Below are positions 55,866 through 64,000 of a stretch of DNA of 64,000 nucleotides, piece after piece. Origin of the DNA: Zancudomyces culisetae HAW-14-8 (Eukaryota; Fungi; Kickxellomycota); NCBI GenBank assembly GCA_052426225.1, contig JBNJNM010000021.1:2976001-3040000 (forward strand), given 5' to 3'. Numbering within the stretch: position 1 is the first letter of the stretch; each line of letters starts with the position of its first letter. A program made the translations under genes and the position numbers. Under the pieces are notes generated by a model. The model saw only the letters and a list, made by a program, of their open reading frames with translations. It did no database searches and was not told the DNA's origin.

Positions 55866-56486
55866 GGTACGACTTAGACAGGGAAAGTACAATTTTTCAG
55901 CATGATAACGATCCAAAACACACCGCGAAAATTACTAAAGAATGGTTGCAAAATAACTCAATTCAGGTGCTTGACTGGCCAGCACAGTCACCTGACCTAA
56001 ATCCAATTGAACATCTATGGGTCAATTTGAAAAGACGGCTATCAAATCACGAAAATGCACTGTCAGGACCTGACACTAAGTACTATAATTATAACTTGAT
56101 ACTTGATTTATTAAATATAATACTATGGAATGAAAGTATTTTATTGCTAAAGATCTCCTTTGCAATAAAATCCTTTCATTTATATAATTTACCTAAACAG
56201 AATTATAATACGTAAAATAAAACTTAATCAAAATAAAACTAGAGAATGTTCAAACTAAAACATCGTAAATATTTTAACTGCAATATTTTTTTGAATTGCA
56301 GTTATTGAAACATTCTCCACAACGGGTAAAATGTTTAATAAATTTTTTCAAATAAATTCATTTTAGAATGAATTTAATTTGCGGAGAGAATGTTAAATAA
56401 ATTTTAACATTTACTATTTTTAAGTGAAATTAAAAATAGCAGTTATGACATGATAAATCATGACATCACTTCCCTCTAATGCCTTT

Positions 56487-59400
56487 TCATGGTCCAGGCT
56501 TATTCGGATATGCAATATGAAAATCAGCAACTAAATCAGGGGCATGGACATCAGTAGCGTCTTCCCATGTTCTATCCTCTGGCGCATATCCTTTCCAGTC
56601 GATTAGATATTTCAATTTACCTTTGGATAATTTGGAGTCGAGTATAGCAGCTACTTCAAACTCTTCTTCGTTATCAATAATTACAGGTGGTGGTGGAAGT
56701 TCTTGAAGACGAGTAGACAGTAAGTTAGATTATTAAGGTTTCAGAAGTGATACATGGAATACAGGATGTATTCTCATAGTTGCTGGAAGTTTGAGTTTTG
56801 CTGCTACTGGGTTAACCATCTCAATGATTTCAAATGGTCCGATGTATTTGAAATCAAGCTTGTGAGACGGTCTCATGGTTTTAAGGTTGGTTTGTGATAA
56901 CCAAACCTTATCACCAGCAGTGAATGTAACTAGAGGGTTTCTATTGCGATCAGCAAACCTCTTGTAATTGTTTTGGATTTATTCAGATTTATTTTTAATT
57001 CATCTTGAAGTGACTTAAGATGATTTGCAAATGCTTGAGCACTTGGGACATTGGAATCCCTGGAATTGCTAATATTAAACTGGGGGTCATACCCATAATT
57101 AGCATGAAATGGACTAACCTTGGTACTAGCATGAGCTGCATTGTTGTAAGCAAACTCAGCCATTGGAAGCAACTGACACCAATTATCTTGTTGATAGTTA
57201 ACAAAACACCTCAAATACTGTTCAAGTATTTGATTGATGCGTTCTGTCTGACCATCAGATTGTGGGTGGTATGCAGTAGAGTGATGAAGTTTGATGTCTA
57301 GAAGTCGTGAGAGTTCGGTCCAAAACTTGGATACAAACTGTGGACCACGATCAGATATAATGCTACTTGGAAGTCCATGTAGTTTAAATACATGATCCAT
57401 GAAGCTAGTAGCAGTATCAGAAGCAGATGGTGTACTTTTGAGAGGGATGAAATGAGCCATCTTGGTGAGACGATCCACAACAACCAGTACAACAGTGTTG
57501 CCCTGTGAACGTGGTAGTTCCACAATGAAATCCATTGATACTGATTCCCAAGGACGGTTGGGAGTATTCAATGGCATCAGAAGTCCTGAAGGTTTTGCAG
57601 AGATGTGTTTGGCTCGATTGCAGGTATCGCAAGAGTCGATGTAGTCTTTAATTGTGGCCTTCATCTTTGGCCACCAGAATTGTCGTGAAACCAAGGACAT
57701 AGTTTTAGTATGGCCAAAATGTCCAGCTGGTAGAGAATCGTGACACATTGTAAGAACTTGAAGACGTAGTGATTCAGGAACGAATATCTTGTTTTTGTAC
57801 CATAAGATGTTGTCAGTACAGGAAAAATTAGAGTTCTTTAATAGTTTTTTAGCCTGTGGATCAGATATAATATGATTTTTTATCAAGGATACGATGTCAC
57901 TGGCTTGGCTGGTGTCGATAGCAGAAATACTAAACTTGGGCTGCCAGATTGGCCTTGAATCATTAAGATTCACCCCCACCTTAGGCTTATCCTTCCTAGA
58001 TAGAGCATCTGCTTTGCCATTTTGTGATCCAGGGCGGTAGGTTAGCTCGATGTCAAACCTGGTTAAGAATAGAGCCCACCTTGCTTGGCGTTGATTAAGA
58101 ATCTTGGCTGAGCGAAAGTATTCAAGATTCTTGTGGTCGGTTATTACCAGAACAGGATGTAAGGCACCTTCTAGATGATGTCGCCACTGCTCGAGGGCAC
58201 ATTTAATAGCCAGAAGCTCCTTATCGAAGATGTGATAATTTTGTTCGGCAGGATTCAGTGTTCGTGAGTAAAAGGCTACAGGATGTGTTTCGCCATCTAC
58301 TTTTTGTGATAGTACAGCACCTAGAGCAAGGTTTGAGGCGTCACATTCTAGAATAAATTGTGTATTAGGATCTGGATGTGAAAGAACAGGAGCTGTAGTA
58401 CATTGAGTATTGAGGGTCTCAAAAGCAGATTGTTGAGCTGAGCCCCAGATAAACTGGGCATTTTTTTTGAGTAGAGAAGTAATTGGTGTAACAATACGAG
58501 AGAAATTCTTGATGAAACGGCGGTAAAAATTCACAAATCCAAGGAAGGATTGTATTTCCTTGATAGTCTTTGGTGTGTCCCAACTCATGATGGCAGATAC
58601 TCGTGACGGATCCATGACTAGGCCTGCAGGTGTGATTATGAAGCCTAAAAACTCTACTCTTTCTTGGTCAAACTCACACTTTTCAAGTTTGGCGTAGAGT
58701 TTGTGAGCGATTAGTCTTTCTAAAACAGTACGAACGTGGGTAGTATGTTCTTCAGGTGTTGCAGAAAATACCAGAATGTCATCAAGGTATATGACAACAT
58801 AGACGTCTAGGATATCACGAAAAACGTCATTGACAAATGATTGAAAGGTTCCAGGAGCATTAGCCAGACCGAATGGCATAACTTTGTACTCAAACTGACC
58901 ATACTGTGTTCGGAAAGCCGTTTTTTCTTCATCGCCTTTCCTTATGCGTACCAGATTGTACGCGCCACGCAGATCAAGTTTGGTGAAGATTTTGGCAGAT
59001 TGAACTCGTTCCAGTAGCTCAGTCATCAACGGTAATGGATACCGGTTACGTTTAACGACTTTGTTTAGAGCCCTGTAGTCCACAACTAATCTTAATGAGC
59101 CATCTTTTTTACCTGTGAAGAACACGGGGGCTCCAGCAGGGGATTTAGAGCGAACAATGAAGCCTTTTGCAAGGTTTTCATCGATGTGCTCCTTTAGCGC
59201 TGCTCGCTCCTTTGGAGCAAGTGGGTATATTGGTCCATAAGGTAAAACAGAGTTGGGTAGCAGATCAATTGGGCAGTCGTAGTCCCTAGATGGCGGTAGA
59301 GTGTCTGCTTTTTGTTTGTCAAAAGCCTGGCTGAGGTCATGGTACTTCCTTGGAATGGTAATAGTCAGTGGATCATGAATTGGAGTGGTGGATTTAGCTT

Positions 59401-60721
59401 GATTTATCATTCCAATCAAATGAAAAACAGAGTGTTTTCTCTTTTTGATTGGAATCTTTTGTTCAAACTCGATATCACAAGAACGTTTGCGAATCGGTTC
59501 AACTGGATCAGCGGGTGGAGGAGTAACAGGGCGAATCTCTGTTTGAGATACTATAGCTTCTTCTGACATATTGGATTCGGAACAGTCTGTAAGGATTTCA
59601 ATTTCTTTTATCTCTTCTATTTCACTATGTATGGATACATCACTTATTTCGGAGTCCATTGAGTAAAATAGTTCTGAACTCAGAGAATAGTTTGATTCAA
59701 GTTCGTAATCAAAATCTGATTCATATTCTAGATCAGAATTTTTATCATCATTTTCAGAATATAGAGCGGATTCAGATTCCTGAACTTGAACTGCAACTTC
59801 TTTACTGAGCCTTAACTGTGGTGTTTCTTGAAGAGTATTATGGTTCTGGTCTTGACATTGATCAGTGTTTGCTTGTACTTGGCTGTGACTGTGACTGTGG
59901 CTGTGACTGTGACTGTGGCTGTTGCTTTTCTGGCATTGAAATTTCTGGACTTGGCTGTGGTTTTTCTCGGAGTACGTTTCCTTTTGACCATGGCTGTAGT
60001 TTTCCTGGCTATGAGTTTGTTGTTCCTGGTTATGAGTTTTTTGTTCTTGGCTGAGAGTTTTTTGTTCTTGGCTGTGAGTTTTGGTGTAGTTGTGACTTTC
60101 ATGGTTGTTGGTATCATTATTTTGGATTACTACTGGTGGCATTGGACTTGGACCTGGCAAATTAGTTATGACTTGACTGTGGCTTTCTTTGAGTTTGGCT
60201 TTCTTTGAACTACAATTTATCAGACAGTATTTGGAATTTAAGCTGATCTGTCTTCTTTTCCAATGGATCGATGGTTCATGTTCTTCTAACCATGGAAGTC
60301 CCAGAATTATGTCAACATGATAAGACGTAATTATTTCAAACGTGGCAGTTTCGTGGTGTGCACCAATGTGAAATTCTAGTGGATGGGTATGGTGTGTAAT
60401 TGGTCCAGAGTTCATAGACGTACCATCAATAAACTCAACTGGAATAGGAGCTGACTTTGGTTTGGTTGGAATAGAATTGTCAATAACAAACTTCTGGTTT
60501 ATGAACAAACCAGAAGCACCAGAATCTATCATGGCAGTAACATGTAGTCTCACACCATTTGGAAGGTGTAGGCTAATAGAAACGAGGAAACGGTGTGGAT
60601 TGTAGACGTCTCGAATGCTGCTAACTCTATGGCTAAGTTGATTGGAACGGGGGAAGTCTCTTGGCGCAGTGTTTTGGTTCAGGATTGGCTTCCCAATTAA
60701 GCCTGAACCCGGTGGTTTCCC
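56487..60721 (-). pseudogene. Pol of element E; frameshift near 56975 and stops near 56731-56736 before the chromodomain
   Basis: ORF 56930-60553 (IDSGA, YLDD, CDAS, HHCC, DDE), followed by GPF and FEVAAILD..YLIDWKGY. Confidence 0.92.
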
Positions 60722-61563
60722 TGTTTGATTTTTTTCTGTTTCTCGGGACAGGTGGTAACTTGGTGGCCTTCTCCGCCGCAGTAATAGCAGAGACCAAGTT
60801 TCATTCTGCGTTCTCTCTCGGTTAGAGAGACGACACGCTGGACAGCATCCACTTGCATGGGTTCTGGCTGAGAACCGGTGGCTTGTACATAAGGCTGAAT
60901 GCCTCTTCTTCTTCTGGCTTTGTCCTCCTTGCGCCTGGTTAACCTGGCATCAATGAGGATTGCAGCATTGATGTAACCTTCCAAATCATCAGGAGTTTGG
61001 AATAGCGCAAGGGTGTCGAGCACGGCTTCGCTCAGACCCTCAGCAAACTGGGACACGAGAGCTGACTCGTTCCAGTCGAGATCCATCATTAAACGACGGA
61101 ACTCTGATGCGTACATTGAGACAGGTGAGGTGCCCTGTTTCAATGCCCTGATGGCATCATTTGCTGTTTGAGATCTTTGAGGATCATCAAACACTTTTGT
61201 GAACTCTTTTAAAAAGAGTTCATAGTCCTGGAGCACAGGGCTACCCTTTTCAATGTAAGGGCTAGCCCAACGGAGCGCATTCCCTGTGAGAAGGGACATG
61301 ACGAGGCCAACCTTGCTGGTAGCAGTTGGGTAGTGATCTGGGTGTGTAAAAAAGAGCAGACGGCACTGATTTATAAACCCTCGGAAGTTTTTTCGGTCGC
61401 CGTCATACCTTTCTGGCAAGGCTATACGGGCAGCGGAAGACTGGACTGGTACTTGTGCTGGTTGAACTGGCGGCGCTGGTTTCGCTGGTTGATTTGCTTT
61501 TAACATTTCGAATTCATCTTTAAGCCTTTGGTATTCGGCTTTTAATTCACGATATTTACTCAT
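60697..61563 (-). CDS. Gag of element E
   Basis: LPERYDGDR..FRGFINQC and CYYCGGEGHQVTTC. Highly similar to element C gag. Confidence 0.93.
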   Translation of the reverse strand: MSKYRELKAEYQRLKDEFEMLKANQPAKPAPPVQPAQVPVQSSAARIALPERYDGDRKNFRGFINQCRLLFFTHPDHYPTATSKVGLVMSLLTGNALRWASPYIEKGSPVLQDYELFLKEFTKVFDDPQRSQTANDAIRALKQGTSPVSMYASEFRRLMMDLDWNESALVSQFAEGLSEAVLDTLALFQTPDDLEGYINAAILIDARLTRRKEDKARRRRGIQPYVQATGSQPEPMQVDAVQRVVSLTERERRMKLGLCYYCGGEGHQVTTCPEKQKKIKQGNHRVQA

Positions 61564-62408
61564 TATAGTAGGTAGTTGTGGAGCAATAAAATATTGTCAG
61601 GACCTGACACTAAGTACTATAATTATAACTTGATACTTGATTTATTAAATATAATACTATGGAATGAAAGTATTTTATTGCTAAAGATCTCCTTTGCAAT
61701 AAAATCCTTTCATTTATATAATTTACCTAAACAGAATTATAATACGTAAAATAAAACTTAATCAAAATAAAACTAGAGAATGTTCAAACTAAAACATCGT
61801 AAATATTTTAACTGCAATATTTTTTTGAATTGCAGTTATTGAAACATTCTCCACAACGGGTAAAATGTTTAATAAGTTTTTTCAAATAAATTCATTTTAG
61901 AATGAATTTAATTTGCGGAGAGAATGTTAAATAAATTTTAACATTTACTATTTTTAAGTGAACTTAAAAATAGCAGTTATGACATGATAAATCATGACAT
62001 GCACCAAAAGGGATAAACGAACTTTGGGACCGCGTACAAGACTAGTGGATTATAATATCATGTGACGAGAGTATGTCGCTAATCAGTAGTATGCCAACAA
62101 GCATTAAACTGTATTGAAAGCCAGGGGTGGATTTACCAATTATTAGTATAATTACGTTTATATATTTTTTTATTTTAGCAAAATAATTGTTCAAATAAAA
62201 TATTATTACAAAAGTATAACTACAGTTGATTGGCTGGTTCAAGTATTCTAAAATTTTGATAGGTAATTCATGGTATATTAATGTATAATAAATGTAATTT
62301 TTTTAGTGATACGATATAATATTCGTGAGATATACTAATTTTTGAATGAACATCAAAAACATTTGAACAATTTTTTGAGTCACTGTATGTATTCTGTATT
62401 TATTATAC

Positions 62409-62937
62409 TGTCATATAAAAAGAAATGTCTTTTAATATTATAATAATAATAAAACCACGTTCACCAAAGATTTACTAACTATTACGTGTTGGTTCTAAAT
62501 AGTATTATTGTAAAAAGTTAATCGGTTTAAAAGTGTTATACTCGCAATTTTAAAATGTAGGTTAATAAATGTGAATGAATATTTTGGAAAATAATTTTTA
62601 TTCTGAATAATAAGGTGTTAAGAAAAACTTTGACTATAAAACTTAAGCCTTATATATAAAACTAACTATACAAAATAATTATAACTTTAATATATAAAAA
62701 TAACTATACTATATAGAAATTTAACATAATAAACCTAGAACTAAATAAACTAATATACTCCGGACTACTAGAGTATTCGAGGTGAGTTTTATTAATTGAA
62801 TTAATATCTAAATTTCTATATAAGCCTTAATATATCCACAATATGACAATACCAATAATTTAATATTTCTTTTCTAAATTAACTGTGTGTTGATTAGCTA
62901 ATACCATAATTATTGTGTATAATCTCGGTATCTAATA
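62409..62937. repeat. Decayed LTR related to family V
   Basis: The last ~60 bp match the end of 55385-55865. Start uncertain. Confidence 0.5.
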
Positions 62938-62995
62938 GTCAATCTATATTAATAGCTTTAGTTAAATAAGTTTTATTTCAAACTTAGTTGATAAA

Positions 62996-63388
62996 TGTTA
63001 GGAATTGTTTTAAAATAAATTATATAAATTCATGTTTATTATAATTCTCCTTGACCAAATCAAGTAGGTTACAAAATGAAATTGTAACCATATACAAATT
63101 AATTAAATGTAACTAAGTACAAATTACTATAATGTAACTAAGTACAAATTACTATAATGTAACTAAGTACAAATTAATTAAATTTAACTAAGTACAAATT
63201 ATTAAATTAATCTAACCAAGTCAAGTAAAAAATGAATTTCGCGATGAAATTTGTTATAATAATATTCACAGACCATTTTAGGAAATAAGAAACCTAGAAA
63301 GAATTCCGAAACTAATAATTCAAAGAATCGTCAGAATAACATGAATGACGCAATCATTGACACACTAAACTCGCGGTAGTTAATCACA
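62996..63388. repeat. Solo LTR-like repeat, family U, with 25-bp tandem array
   Basis: Homolog of 33858-34162. AATGTAACTAAGTACAAATTACTAT-type unit repeated about 4 times at 63106-63205. Confidence 0.72.
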
Positions 63389-63521
63389 TGTCAGGAAACT
63401 AATTTATTTAAGTTGGGAAACTTAATGTTCCCAAGTTAGGATTCAAAGGTTATTAAATATGATTAAAAATAAATATTAAAACTTATGGGTAAATAATGCG
63501 ATTCTGACATTATCCCCCCTT
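63389..63521 (-). repeat. Possible short 3' LTR plus PPT
   Basis: TGTCAG...CTGACA (63389-63509), preceded on the minus strand by AAGGGGGGATAA. Confidence 0.4.
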
Positions 63522-63568
63522 CAAAGAATATTTTAAATATATAAAAATAATATCTTGGACAAAAATGT

Positions 63569-63835
63569 GAGCTTATAGTCGAGTGGCTAAGGCGTCGAAC
63601 TTGTATTCTGCAGGACCCTGGTTCGATCCTTCGCTGTAAGACCGTAATTGGGAAGTAATTAGCTGTAGAGTGGATGTGATGTTTCACGGGGCCAATGTGC
63701 GCGATAACGTCCTTCGGGACTAGTACCGGACCGTTTCACCTCTCCGATAACTCCTTCGGGATCTCGAGCAGTTAATTCGAATCACGTGATCGTGTGGCCC
63801 AAGACGTTAGCGCCCTCCTAAGTTCATTATTTTTT
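63569..63835 (+). ncRNA. Pseudo-tRNA-headed structured RNA or SINE-like element
   Basis: A box TAGTCGAGTGG, B box GGTTCGATCC and a 5/7 acceptor stem (63569-63643). GC-rich body with two cUUCGg hairpins, followed by T-runs. Confidence 0.6.
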
Positions 63836-64000
63836 ATTTTTTCTTTTATAATTTTTTATGCTTTTTAGTTGTTTTTAGGTTGTTTTTATAGTTTTTTTGA
63901 TAAGTATTTAGGTATAATATTGGTTAAATAATAAAATATAATGTTGCTCTTATGGTTTGTTGTGATATGTCTTATAGTATTTTTTCAATAGTTGTGGCGC

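Larger units (their letters stand above)
56061..61999 (-). mobile_element. Full-length chromovirus-type Ty3/Gypsy element (element E), relative of element C
   Basis: 405-bp LTRs at 56061-56465 and 61595-61999 (2 differences seen). TSD TGCAC. PPT AGAGGGAAG (minus) next to the 3' LTR. Confidence 0.97.
53645..62385 (+). mobile_element. Tc1-family DNA transposon (Tc1-2) with ~210-bp TIRs and three nested LTR insertions
   Basis: TA|CAGTGACTC...GAGTCACTG|TA. Transposase pieces at 54702-55384, 55871-56060 and 62005-62146 contain WSDETK and QHDND-(34)-NPIE. Confidence 0.95.

Noticed and set aside
63644-63790. HDV-like ribozyme fit (TTCACG loop, CGA before ATCAC)
   Set aside because: P3 and P1.1 do not pair properly, so the specific assignment is unsupported. 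Kept only as an unidentified structured RNA.

Overview
Eukaryotic, very AT-rich, transposon-saturated DNA. It is fungal, judging by an RTT109-like gene; an early-diverging lineage is plausible but is inference only. The only clear host genes are at the left end. One is an intronless RTT109-like histone acetyltransferase (minus strand, runs off the window edge, absent from the ORF track). The others are a tRNA-Ala(UGC)/tRNA-Lys(CUU) pair separated by only 2 nt. The rest is nested mobile DNA: an intact single-ORF Ty3/Gypsy element 8 bp upstream of the tRNA pair plus a decayed relative; three chromodomain-type Ty3/Gypsy elements with Tf1-like self-priming sites and -1 frameshift signals, one of them a chimera with two unrelated LTRs; two DIRS-type tyrosine-recombinase retroelements with methyltransferase-like domains; two Tc1 (DD34E) transposons with ~210-bp TIRs; LINE relics; and many hairpin-rich solo LTRs. 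Structures I cannot explain include a pseudo-tRNA-headed, highly structured GC-rich putative Pol III RNA near 63.6-63.8 kb and a diverged tandem pair of short ORFs with hairpin arrays near 51.4-53.3 kb. All coordinates were read by eye and may be off by a few bases.
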